From an uncultured delta proteobacterium (GTDB taxonomy: Bacteria; Desulfobacterota; RBG-13-43-22): a DNA stretch of 64,000 nucleotides. Location of the stretch: positions 256,001 to 320,000 of the forward strand of contig CAWBOS010000015.1 in the NCBI GenBank assembly GCA_963790475.1. The letters run 5' to 3'. Below, piece after piece: positions 10,126 to 19,267 of the stretch. The stretch's first letter is position 1, and each line of letters starts with the position of its first letter. Below the pieces are notes generated by a model. The model was not told where the DNA came from. It saw only the letters and a list, made by a program, of their open reading frames with translations, and did no database searches. A program made the translations under genes and the position numbers.

Positions 10126-12109
10126 CCCATCTTCCGCAGTTAGAAAGCATGGAAGACGCGATATCAAATAGTTACGACAAGAATTAGGGCATTTTCTTCA
10201 CTACATTTTCAATAATTTTTGGTTTGTTGGGGAGCAGAATTTTCAATCTCTGAAGCAGCACTTTGAGTTCCTTTGAGGGAGTAGCCACCATTCTGAGCCG
10301 GAGGGTTCTCTCCCGCGCCGGTAGTAGCACATCCAAAGATTTCAATTCCCGCAACTCCTCCAACAGCTTTCTTGGGGCGGTACCGAGTCCCGAGGCTTTC
10401 ATCCATTGCTGGAGCGTTCGCCACATAGTCAGCGCCAAGAAGCAGACCAGGATATGAGCCTGGGTCCGTTCCTGTTTTTGATGGAAGATCGGTCGCATTC
10501 CCAGATCATGTTTCTCGGTACGGAATGAATCTTCCACTTCCGTCAGTTGGATGTAGGTATTCCATAGGACTTTCGGGTCACTTTCGGTCCAGTTGGTGCG
10601 CAGGATGTAGCTACCGCCGGTCTCCAAGGCCCACTGTTGCCGTTGTTCGTTCTTCTTGACTTCTAGGGAAAGCGGTGCGTCTTTTCCGGTACCGGTCTCT
10701 ATGACTGTAATATTGAACAACGAGGCCGCACGTTTATTTTGTTCCAGCAGTCGCCCTATTCTCCGCTCGACTTTCTGCTTGTCTCGGAGCTTGCCGGTTT
10801 CGGCCTGGCGGGCCAGGTGATCCAGTTGGCTTTCCAGTCGGGTCAAAAAGTGGTTTAGAATGGCGTTTTCTTTCTCCTTCCGGCCTTGAGACCGGCACAG
10901 GACAAAGATTTCATCCGTTCCTTCCGGCGAGCAACAGAGCTTGACCTCAACACCAGGTTGGACCGCTTCCCAGTTCTGTTCGAAAAGCTGCTGCTCAAAC
11001 TTCTTCAGCATCACTTTTGGGGTGCCGACCAAATAGCGGGCACCGACTTTGCGCATAAACTCCAGATTCTCCTCACTCACCATGCCGCGATCCATAACCC
11101 AGATCCGGTTGGCTTGGCCGTATTTGGCCTCCATCATCTGAACCATCTCTTGGGTCGTCGTGACATCCGGTCGATTGCCGTCAAAAACCTCAAAGGCTAT
11201 GGGAAAGCCCTCTCGGGTGGCCACCAGGCCGATGCAGACCTGGGGACAATCTGGACGACTGTCCCGGCTGTAACCCCTCTTGGCCTGGGCATTGCCCTTG
11301 GCGGTCCCCTCAAAATAGGTGGAGGTTATGTCATAAAACAAAAAATCAAAGCTACTGCCGAACAGTTCCCCATAACGCTCCTGAAGGTGACGGCTTAAGG
11401 CATCCTTGTGGGGAAGCAAGGCATCCAGGGCACGATAAAGCCGATCCTCATTGATCTTATAGTCGGCCACTCCCAGCAGATCGTCTAAGGCCGTCTGGCC
11501 ATACCAAAACTCGGCCATCTGTAATTCCGACGATGGGGCGCAAAAGCGTCCAAGAACTAAAATAGACGCCATGATCGACCAAGGAATCTCTTCCCGGTTG
11601 GAAGGAATATGATCTCGGCAGAACCTGGCAAGCCCCAGTTTGTTCCACAAAAACAACCCCAAATAGACATCGCCGAAGCCTCTGAGTCGCTCGACGCTTA
11701 CGCCATGGATATTGACCGTGGCCCAAGATGGGGGGTCTTCCCCCTGCTCAAACAGTTCAGGTCCAGGTAGAGGCTTTCCGGAAAGAATCCGTCCGATCTC
11801 CTCCCAACCTATCCGCTCTTCCCGATCAAGGCCAGGAAGTTTCCCTATCGTCGCCACTACTCGCTGACGGGGCCCTCGGGCAGTACGGACCGACTCAACT
11901 AAAAGCCAGCTCTCGTACTCCGCTCCACCTTTCTTTTTGGTCGCACGCCGGAGATACATAACCCCATTATCTCCGTTCCCACAGCACCTGGCAAGGGGGT
12001 GGTCTTCACTACATCCAATTTTCAAAGATCAGGACTTGAAATCATTTAACAATTCCTAACAATTCATCACGTTTTTCTTGATTTTTTCTCCAAACTGCGG
12101 AAGATGGGC
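10125..12109 (-). mobile_element. IS1634-family insertion sequence
   Basis: 17-bp TIRs GCCCATCTTCCGCAGTT (10125-10141) and AACTGCGGAAGATGGGC (12093-12109), each flanked by TA. Confidence 0.9.
10184..11959 (-). CDS. IS1634 family DDE transposase
   Basis: FYDITSTYFEG, GYSRD, VMDRG, EDSFR, LGMRPIFHQ motifs; likely start MYLRR at 11959. Confidence 0.92.
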   Translation of the reverse strand: MYLRRATKKKGGAEYESWLLVESVRTARGPRQRVVATIGKLPGLDREERIGWEEIGRILSGKPLPGPELFEQGEDPPSWATVNIHGVSVERLRGFGDVYLGLFLWNKLGLARFCRDHIPSNREEIPWSIMASILVLGRFCAPSSELQMAEFWYGQTALDDLLGVADYKINEDRLYRALDALLPHKDALSRHLQERYGELFGSSFDFLFYDITSTYFEGTAKGNAQAKRGYSRDSRPDCPQVCIGLVATREGFPIAFEVFDGNRPDVTTTQEMVQMMEAKYGQANRIWVMDRGMVSEENLEFMRKVGARYLVGTPKVMLKKFEQQLFEQNWEAVQPGVEVKLCCSPEGTDEIFVLCRSQGRKEKENAILNHFLTRLESQLDHLARQAETGKLRDKQKVERRIGRLLEQNKRAASLFNITVIETGTGKDAPLSLEVKKNEQRQQWALETGGSYILRTNWTESDPKVLWNTYIQLTEVEDSFRTEKHDLGMRPIFHQKQERTQAHILVCFLALTMWRTLQQWMKASGLGTAPRKLLEELRELKSLDVLLPARERTLRLRMVATPSKELKVLLQRLKILLPNKPKIIENVVKKMP

Positions 12110-12629
12110 TAATTCTACCCGTATTAATTATTTTGATCGGCCTGGTCAAGGAAACATTGGCAATTTAATCGGCTGTAACAGGAATTGGTTTATTTTCCTG
12201 TTAAAGGTTTAATATATGAACAGACTCTATAGTCGAATCTTCGGGATGGCTACTTCGTTCGTTGATAGGGTTCATACCAATAATTGTGGCTTGAAGTTAT
12301 TTAGGTCAATGAATAATTGGTTTACGGGACCGGAAGGTTAAATGAAAAAATAGCTTCCTGAAATCCCTAAATTATGTTTTTAAAAAAATAAAATATCTTA
12401 AATGCTAATCGTTTACCAACGTTTCCTATTTACTGGTCCCGTTCCAAAAAAAATCTACTATTACTATTCCCAAATCATTTATAATGTGGTTCATTCAATA
12501 ACCAAGTTAGTAAGTTAACATGTCTCCAGTTTTGCCACTTTACACTGGTGAGAGGCGGGAACGTTGAGGAATTTGATGAGCCCGGTTTCTGAAGGAGGAA
12601 CATCCCGCCGACACGTTAATCGGAGTCGA

Positions 12630-12900
12630 ACCATAACGAATGATGTGATAACACCGGGTTTGCGCTCGACCGCGGTAGGCCTTTACAACTTTATTGCTCA
12701 AATAATTGGTTCAACCGGAGGAACCATTTTTGTAGGTACCGTTTCTGATAAACTTGGGGGGTGGAGTGTATGGACTACAATGGGGCCTGATTTCTACCTT
12801 GCCTATAGCCGCTCTATCCATAGTTGCCAGCCTGATTATGACAAGATTCTATTCGGCCGAAAGTGCCAGGATCAGCGATGAGCTAATGGCAGAAAAATAA
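12630..12900 (+). pseudogene. 5'-truncated MFS transporter fragment, with frameshift in G-run near 12760
   Basis: DVITPGLRSTAVG...GTIFVGTVSDKLGG, continuing LQWGL...ARISDELMAEK* in the +1 frame. Confidence 0.65.
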
Positions 12901-12929
12901 ATCCGCAGGTTTTTTCTTAGGGCAAACCT

Positions 12930-12996
12930 CAAGGGACGGAAGTTATCATCAACCGTTATGGCGGCACCTGATCCTCTCTGTAACTTTAGTAAAAAC
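12930..12996 (+). repeat. Dispersed repeat, partial copy R6
   Basis: CAAGGGACGGAAGTTATCATCAACCG...CCTGATCCTCTCTGTAACTTTAGTAAAAAC. Confidence 0.75.
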
Positions 12997-13037
12997 ACAC
13001 GCTGTCTCAGTCTCGGCAGGACAGCAATAGATAATCC

Positions 13038-13460
13038 TCAGGGATCGATCCGGGCTGAAGCACTGCCGCTCAACACGACAACGCCGTTTTGATTGATCGT
13101 CTCCACTTTAAGATCAACAAAATATTTCCCCTTTTCTTCCCGGATGGCCTCTATGGTGGCTTTGGCCTCCAAGTCATCCCCCGGCCAGACCTGATTGGTG
13201 AAACGGACTCCATACTTAGTCAGCCGGCCGTCTCCCACATAATTGGTGAGCATCTTGCCCGTCATGCCCATGGTCAGCATCCCATGAGCGAACACCGATG
13301 GATACCCGGCCACCTTTACCGCAAAAACCTCATCCGTATGAATCGGATTATAATCCCCGGAAGCGCCTGCATACTGGACGATCTGGGTGCGTTTCAAGTC
13401 TTCGACAATGCGTTCGGTATGGACATCCCCAACTTTTAGCTTGCTTGCTTTTAGTGCCAT
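13038..13460 (-). CDS. MaoC family dehydratase (catalytic, HadB-like)
   Basis: YAGASGDYNPIH and AHGM hydratase-2 motif. Confidence 0.9.
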   Translation of the reverse strand: MALKASKLKVGDVHTERIVEDLKRTQIVQYAGASGDYNPIHTDEVFAVKVAGYPSVFAHGMLTMGMTGKMLTNYVGDGRLTKYGVRFTNQVWPGDDLEAKATIEAIREEKGKYFVDLKVETINQNGVVVLSGSASARIDP

Positions 13461-13480
13461 AACTTAGGTCCTCATTATTA

Positions 13481-13631
13481 TTGATGGACATGTAAAGCGT
13501 CCATCAACAGGCCGAGGACGATTAAGTCCCGGCCTGGGGTGAAGGTGGAACCGCTTGAATTTACTTCAAGTGGCGGGAGAGGGAAGCCCTTGCCCGCCTC
13601 GTGAAAAGTTGCCTTTCGACTTTTCACGAGG
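13481..13631. repeat. Multi-hairpin MITE/REP-like intergenic element
   Basis: Consecutive inverted repeats, including TTGATGGAC/GTCCATCAA and CCTCGTGAAAAGT/ACTTTTCACGAGG. Confidence 0.6.
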
Positions 13632-13634
13632 TAA

Positions 13635-14132
13635 TTATTGTTGTTCAACTGCTCGTTCGGTTTGGACACCTACCCCGCGTGCCGTAACAACCAATTCCCC
13701 TTTTTGATCCCGGAATTCGATAATGGTTTCGGAGAAGACCAGTTTTCCGGATCGACGTCCCTCTTTCTCCCACTTTTTACCCGGTTTAATGGTTGCCGTG
13801 AGTACATCACCCGGCCGCAAATGGCGGTGGTACTCGTAATGTTGCTCCGCATGAAGGCCACGTCCCCCGCCTCCGGTATCACCGCTTGATCCCGCTTTTA
13901 TCCCGGTCGGCTCTTTTCCGGATCCGAACCAGGGCTGACCGATCTTGGGACGCAGGAAATAATCAGGGTCAAATTGGGCACTCGCCTGAATAAAGGTTGG
14001 TGGGGCTATGATACCGCCCGGTTCCGCGGTCTTGGCAAATTTCTCATCGTAATAAATCGGGTTGCCATCACCAATGGCCCTGGCGAACATCATAATGTGG
14101 CTTGCTTCGACTGGAAATTTCTCAATAGCCAT
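13635..14132 (-). CDS. MaoC dehydratase N-terminal-domain protein (HadA-like)
   Basis: FARAIGDGNPIY, APPTF, LHAEQHYEYHRHL hot-dog motifs. Confidence 0.85.
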   Translation of the reverse strand: MAIEKFPVEASHIMMFARAIGDGNPIYYDEKFAKTAEPGGIIAPPTFIQASAQFDPDYFLRPKIGQPWFGSGKEPTGIKAGSSGDTGGGGRGLHAEQHYEYHRHLRPGDVLTATIKPGKKWEKEGRRSGKLVFSETIIEFRDQKGELVVTARGVGVQTERAVEQQ

Positions 14133-14437
14133 ATTCCTTCTCCCTGTGAATGGTTTGATGCTTTAGAATATACTCCAAAAATTCTTTTTTTCAATAAATT
14201 TGATAATTCTCCATACCGGGACGAAGTCTTATATAGAAAAGTTTAAATCGAACCGGGAAATTTCTACAATTCGGGAAAATAGCCACGGCCGCGGCCGTCG
14301 GGGTCAATTCCAGAGACCATAGAAAATATCCGCATTTTTTTCTTTTTGTTTTCTCATTCCCAACCCTTTTATTTCAAGATTCATTTATCTTATTAATCGA
14401 GATTAAGACATTTTCACGCAGGAAGCCTATAAAAACT

Positions 14438-14465
14438 GGGGCCATCCCTGGTTTTGGATGGCCCC
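14438..14465. terminator. Hairpin, putative terminator
   Basis: GGGGCCATCC/GGATGGCCCC 10-bp stem downstream of the small minus-strand ORF. Confidence 0.5.
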
Positions 14466-14488
14466 TTGCTACGTGGATCGTAGATAAA

Positions 14489-14734
14489 TCAGGCTCCCGG
14501 TGACTCACCTCGTAAAATTGCCCACTGTTTAACAATGCCAATCGGATGAATACCCCCTCGAGTGAATCTTTTTTCGGCGGCTATTTTCTTCGCAGCTCGC
14601 GGCGGGCATGACGGAGCCTTTAGTTGCCAAACTCCGTCCTCAAACTCGGCGACTTCATCGATGTAGGCTTTCCCCCAGTCTGCGATTTCGATAGTATCAT
14701 CTCCAGCTAAGGGGTGCCAATAAGAAAGCTTCAT
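14489..14734 (-). CDS. Hypothetical protein (81 aa)
   Basis: ATG-initiated ORF with protein-like composition and a downstream hairpin; no recognised motif. Confidence 0.4.
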   Translation of the reverse strand: MKLSYWHPLAGDDTIEIADWGKAYIDEVAEFEDGVWQLKAPSCPPRAAKKIAAEKRFTRGGIHPIGIVKQWAILRGESPGA

Positions 14735-14797
14735 TGTTTTATTGTTAATATTTTACCCGTGGGCGGAAGAAAAATCAATCAATAGTGAGAGGAGGGA

Positions 14798-14880
14798 TCA
14801 GGGTCGGTCTTTGACTTTTGGTATTTATCGGGCTTTGGCCTAGCAGACCAAGACCATTATACATCAAGGACCGACCCTGA
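14798..14880. repeat. REP-like inverted repeat pair
   Basis: TCAGGGTCGGTCTTTGA ... TCAAGGACCGACCCTGA. Confidence 0.65.
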
Positions 14881-14888
14881 AGATTTAT

Positions 14889-16670
14889 TCAACGGGCAAA
14901 ATGGGTGGCCTGACCGGCCACGATGATCCAGGTGACCAAAAACGCATTTATAAATGAACCCACAAACACATGTCCGGTTTGACGAAAGAAATAGGTCGAA
15001 ACCAGGGCTACAATAGTAAAGATCGGAAGAAACTGGAACATCACAATGGAGGCCAGATGCAAATCCGGAATGGCCAGAGTTCCCCCATTAAAGAGGGGCA
15101 TATACATGATGAAAAGAAATAGGAAGTAACCGCCGATCATGAGTACGATGTTGATCAGCATCTCCCTCCAACCGGTCAAATCGCTTCCGTCTCTCCGACC
15201 GCGCCGCAATTCACCGTGGAGCACCAGACCGGAAATCAGAAAATAAAAAGCAAAGGGGATAAGGTAAGTTAAAAACATCTTAAAATGAAGGACCGACATC
15301 GGTTTCACGGCAAAGACCCAGATGCGGAAATCCGTTTTGAAGGCCCAATCAGAAAAAGCCAGGGACAGATAAGCCCAAAAAACAACCACGATCGCCAACA
15401 GAATAGATTTCCAGAGCTTGCGTCCGGCATGTTCTTTCCAAGCGAAGCCGTAATTGACCAAGCCTCCTCCCTTTTTCTTGTTCGCGATGAAATGCCAGAG
15501 GAGAAACAAAACCAGTGAGATCGCGCCGACCGCCACGGCCCAGAACATTATAGTAGTGGTTATCTCCTGCCTCCAGAGCCAACTTTTCTTGGCAATGCCC
15601 TTCCCGTTAAAAGCCCAGGCCAGGACATACAGGGGTAGGGGAAGAAGAATAGTGATCACTGCTCCCACCCACCAGCCCCAGCCGGAGGTTGGTTTTCGTT
15701 CGGCAGGGGTTTCGTTTAATTCATCGAAAAATGGGGTTCGCATTAGACACCGGCCCACAGGGAAGAGGAGGAGGACCATTCCGATCAAAGCAATCAAGGT
15801 CCCAAATTCTTTCCAATACCAGATCTGGTTGGATGGCGGCAAGTTATTCCCACCTTTTAAGGTGGTTTGCATCCATTCAATGGCATTCCCGATGGCCTGC
15901 CTTGAAAAATGAACCCGGGGATGGATCGTGCTCGGCTGATAAAGTTTTCTGGCCGTACCGTTCTCGATCGAACCGTAGAGCTTACCGACCACCACCGGCT
16001 CGGTAGTTCCAAAAACCTTTTTGAGTTTGTCGGTATTGACGATATTAACCGGAACCGGCGAGCCCCACATAAGACCGGAAAACTCATCATATTTGGAGAA
16101 GATAAGGGCCATGTTGCGCGGAAAATCCGCGGTTCCATCCGGAGCCCCTAAAGTCCCGGTTGATGAACTGGCCAGGATCAGGGATTTATATCCGTCTTTA
16201 TTGGCAGCGGCGGCTATCACCGATGCCCAGCCACCCATGGAATGACCTTCCAGACCGATATTATTGAGATCAACGATGTCCAGGGTCCGCAAATACTTCA
16301 GGCTATCCAGACCGCCGAAACCGTTGGCAAAGGCCGGGGGATCGGAAAAACCGTGTCCCGGTTGATCAGGGGCCAGAACGACATAACCGCGTCTGGCAAA
16401 TTCTATGGCAAAACCGTCTTGGGTTTCTCGGGAGTTGATATATCCATGGGTAGCGACGATTCCGGGAGCCGGATTCTTTTTGCTCACCCCTTTTGGCACA
16501 TAAAGCAAGGCACTGACTAACTTACCGTCACCCCCCATAAACCGTAGATCCCTGACCTGAATCCCACCACTGGTCTGGATGAAATAAGCGAGCAAACCTC
16601 CACCCAGGATAAATACTAAGGCTAAAATCAATAAACTGGTCAACGGCTTCTTCTTAGCTGTTTCGTTCAT
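14889..16670 (-). CDS. Membrane-anchored alpha/beta hydrolase with multi-TM C-terminal domain
   Basis: HGY oxyanion motif, GHSMGG nucleophile elbow, N-terminal TM and hydrophobic C-terminal half. Confidence 0.85.
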   Translation of the reverse strand: MNETAKKKPLTSLLILALVFILGGGLLAYFIQTSGGIQVRDLRFMGGDGKLVSALLYVPKGVSKKNPAPGIVATHGYINSRETQDGFAIEFARRGYVVLAPDQPGHGFSDPPAFANGFGGLDSLKYLRTLDIVDLNNIGLEGHSMGGWASVIAAAANKDGYKSLILASSSTGTLGAPDGTADFPRNMALIFSKYDEFSGLMWGSPVPVNIVNTDKLKKVFGTTEPVVVGKLYGSIENGTARKLYQPSTIHPRVHFSRQAIGNAIEWMQTTLKGGNNLPPSNQIWYWKEFGTLIALIGMVLLLFPVGRCLMRTPFFDELNETPAERKPTSGWGWWVGAVITILLPLPLYVLAWAFNGKGIAKKSWLWRQEITTTIMFWAVAVGAISLVLFLLWHFIANKKKGGGLVNYGFAWKEHAGRKLWKSILLAIVVVFWAYLSLAFSDWAFKTDFRIWVFAVKPMSVLHFKMFLTYLIPFAFYFLISGLVLHGELRRGRRDGSDLTGWREMLINIVLMIGGYFLFLFIMYMPLFNGGTLAIPDLHLASIVMFQFLPIFTIVALVSTYFFRQTGHVFVGSFINAFLVTWIIVAGQATHFAR

Positions 16671-16752
16671 GATGCCTCCTTAATATTAAATTGTAATAAG
16701 TGGTTGTGTTTTAACCTCCTTTCTCTTGGGACTCGATTTTATTATCCAAAAG

Positions 16753-16822
16753 AAAAAGCCCGGATAGAAACGACCACTGCCTTTAAGTGTTCATTTACTA
16801 TCAGGGCTTTCTCTTTATTCTC
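16753..16822 (-). promoter_or_regulatory. Putative GlpP antitermination leader (terminator plus binding motif), copy 1
   Basis: GAGAATAAAGAGAAAGCCCTGATAG...CTATCCGGGCTTTTT; 24/25 nt identical to the glpA leader. Confidence 0.7.
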
Positions 16823-16978
16823 TCACCCCGAAAGTTCGAATAATGAAATTTTCTTTTAAAGAGAACTGTTATATAGAATAGCCGTACAAGTCAAGGCTTT
16901 TTTTTGAAGAAAACTTTTTCGAATTGACAGCTTTTTCTCTTTACCGTATCGGCGTCAAGCCAGATTTTACTCCTTTTC

Positions 16979-17548
16979 CTAAAGATCAAAGAGATGGGAT
17001 GCGGTAGTGGAAACCCCGACTGCCCCGGAAGTCAGGATCTCCCGGATCTCTTCCTTCTCGGTGATCAACCCTCCGGCGATGATCGGGATTGAAGTGAGCA
17101 TCCTTATTTTTTTCATAATCTTGGGGAGGATCAAACCGGGAAGGATCTCTACAGCGTCAGGTTTTGACTTCTCCACAGTGCCAAGCCCGCCCACCAGAGA
17201 TTCCGAATCTAAAACAAATACCCTTTGAATAGCAAAAAGCCCTTCTTTTTGGGCACTTTTGATGAGATTGCCGCGGGTGGTGATGATTCCGTTTATTTGA
17301 CTTTCTTTAGCCAGAAATCGGATCCCCGGAGCATCTTTCCCGATTCCCTTTATGAGATCAATATCGACCAAAACCAGCTTCTGATGGAGTTTTGCCTGTC
17401 GCACGATTTTTGGGAGATCGAAAATGGTTCCACCCAGGATAAAAAGAACATTGGTGTGTTCCAAACTTTGAAATCGAAGATTTTCAATGTCCCTGATGGC
17501 TGCTATCACCGGTCTGCTTTTCAGAGCCGACAAAAAATCCATAGGCAA
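16979..17548 (-). CDS. glpP: Glycerol-3-phosphate-responsive antiterminator
   Basis: PVIAAIRD, VDIDLIKG, GIITTR, IQRVFVLDS, VEILPG, PIIAGGLI, GVSTT motifs; adjacent to glpK. Confidence 0.92.
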   Translation of the reverse strand: MPMDFLSALKSRPVIAAIRDIENLRFQSLEHTNVLFILGGTIFDLPKIVRQAKLHQKLVLVDIDLIKGIGKDAPGIRFLAKESQINGIITTRGNLIKSAQKEGLFAIQRVFVLDSESLVGGLGTVEKSKPDAVEILPGLILPKIMKKIRMLTSIPIIAGGLITEKEEIREILTSGAVGVSTTASHLFDL

Positions 17549-17681
17549 TCTCCCTTCCAGTATTTTTGATGCTCCATATCAGATCGTTAGGAGGTGTCCT
17601 TACTTTCACCGCTAAAGCGGCTTCCGTATTAAAGCTTAACAACTATTGTTGCTCTTTGTTGTCCTTTACTGGCGGTATCCT

Positions 17682-19163
17682 TCATTCTATCCAGTCGAAA
17701 GTCCGCGAGACGGCCTTTTTCCATCCGCCATAGAGTCCTTCCCGTTTCGAGGCCTCCATTTGGGGGTTCCATTCTTTGTCTCTGCCCCAGTTGAGACGCA
17801 ATTCATCCAAATTTTTCCAAAAGCCAACGGCCAGCCCGGCGGCATAAGCGGCGCCCAAGGCCGTGGTTTCCGCCACCTGGGGACGGATAACCGGCACGTT
17901 CAGCATATCCGCCTGAAATTGCATCAACAGTTCGTTGAAGACCATACCACCGTCCACCTTGAGGGCCTTCAGCCGGACGCCGGAATCCTTTTCCATGGCG
18001 TCAAGTACTTCTCGGGTCTGGTAGGCGGTGGCTTCCAGCACGGCCCGCGCAATGTGCCCCTTGTTGATATAGCGGGTCAGGCCTACGATAACCCCCCGGG
18101 CGTCCGATCTCCAGTAAGGAGCGAACAGTCCGGAAAAGGCCGGGACGAAATAAATTCCGCCGTTGTCTTCCACCGTACCGGCCAACGCTTCAACGTCGGC
18201 GGATTTGGCAACCAGGCCCAGGTTGTCGCGCAACCACTGGACCAGGGCCCCGGCAATCGCGATTGATCCTTCCAGGGCATAGACGGCCTTCTGAGGACCG
18301 ATCTTGTAACCGACAGTGGTCAGCAGTCCGCTGTTGCTGGGCACCGGGAGTTCGCCCATGTTTAACAGCATGAAACAGCCGGTCCCATAAGTGTTCTTGG
18401 CCTCGCCGGGATTAAAACAGGTCTGCCCGAATAGGGCCGCTTGCTGGTCGCCCAGATCACCCCCCACCGGCACGCCCCGAAGAATATCCTTCGCCTCCCC
18501 ATAGACTTCCGACGATGAACGAATCTTCGGAAGCATGGCCCGGGGAATATTCAGCAACTGCAGGATTTCTTCATCCCAGTCAAGACTGTTCAAGTTCATC
18601 AGCAGAGTGCGCGAGGCATTAGTTACATCGGTGATGTGAACGCCGGTCAGATTCCAGATAAACCAGGTATCAATATTTCCGAAAAGCAATTCGCCGTTCT
18701 CGGCCTTTTTTTGGGCACCCGGGACATGGTCCAGGATCCATTTTATTTTAGGCCCGGAGAAATAGGTGGCCAACGGCAGGCCGGTTTTGCCACGCAGACG
18801 GTCCTGGCCGCCATGCCTGGCCAGCTCCTGGCAGATGAGGTCGGTGCGGGTGTCCTGCCAGACAATGGCATTATAAACCGGAACGCCGGTAGACTTCTCC
18901 CAGACCACCGTTGTTTCACGCTGGTTGGTCACCCCGACGGCCGCAATATCGCTGAGGGAGACACCGATTTTTGTCAAGGCTTCGCGGATCACTTCCCGGG
19001 TGTTGTTCCATATCTCCAGGGGATCGTGTTCCACCCAGCCCGGTTGAGGAAATATCTGCCGGTGCTCTTTCTGCGCCAACCCGGCGACCCGGCCGCTGTG
19101 ATCAAAGAGGATGAACCGGTTGCTGGTCGTTCCCAGATCCACTGCACCGATGTATTTGGCCAT
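17682..19163 (-). CDS. glpK: Glycerol kinase
   Basis: [38 protein letters not shown]; start at MAKYIG. Confidence 0.97.
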   Translation of the reverse strand: MAKYIGAVDLGTTSNRFILFDHSGRVAGLAQKEHRQIFPQPGWVEHDPLEIWNNTREVIREALTKIGVSLSDIAAVGVTNQRETTVVWEKSTGVPVYNAIVWQDTRTDLICQELARHGGQDRLRGKTGLPLATYFSGPKIKWILDHVPGAQKKAENGELLFGNIDTWFIWNLTGVHITDVTNASRTLLMNLNSLDWDEEILQLLNIPRAMLPKIRSSSEVYGEAKDILRGVPVGGDLGDQQAALFGQTCFNPGEAKNTYGTGCFMLLNMGELPVPSNSGLLTTVGYKIGPQKAVYALEGSIAIAGALVQWLRDNLGLVAKSADVEALAGTVEDNGGIYFVPAFSGLFAPYWRSDARGVIVGLTRYINKGHIARAVLEATAYQTREVLDAMEKDSGVRLKALKVDGGMVFNELLMQFQADMLNVPVIRPQVAETTALGAAYAAGLAVGFWKNLDELRLNWGRDKEWNPQMEASKREGLYGGWKKAVSRTFDWIE

Positions 19164-19267
19164 GGTTTGCTCTCCTAAAAAAAAAATATAGTCTGGAGTT
19201 ATGAGTTCGGAGTAAATAGTTCGGAGCAAAACCTAATGACTCTGAACTCCGAACACCGAACTCGCAT

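Noticed and set aside
782-12996. Dispersed repeat as a CRISPR array
   Set aside because: Copies are long, divergent and kilobases apart with genes between them; no cas genes.
13010-13020. GTCTCGGCAGG match to the L10 leader
   Set aside because: Short match without the partner strand or ribosomal context; likely chance.
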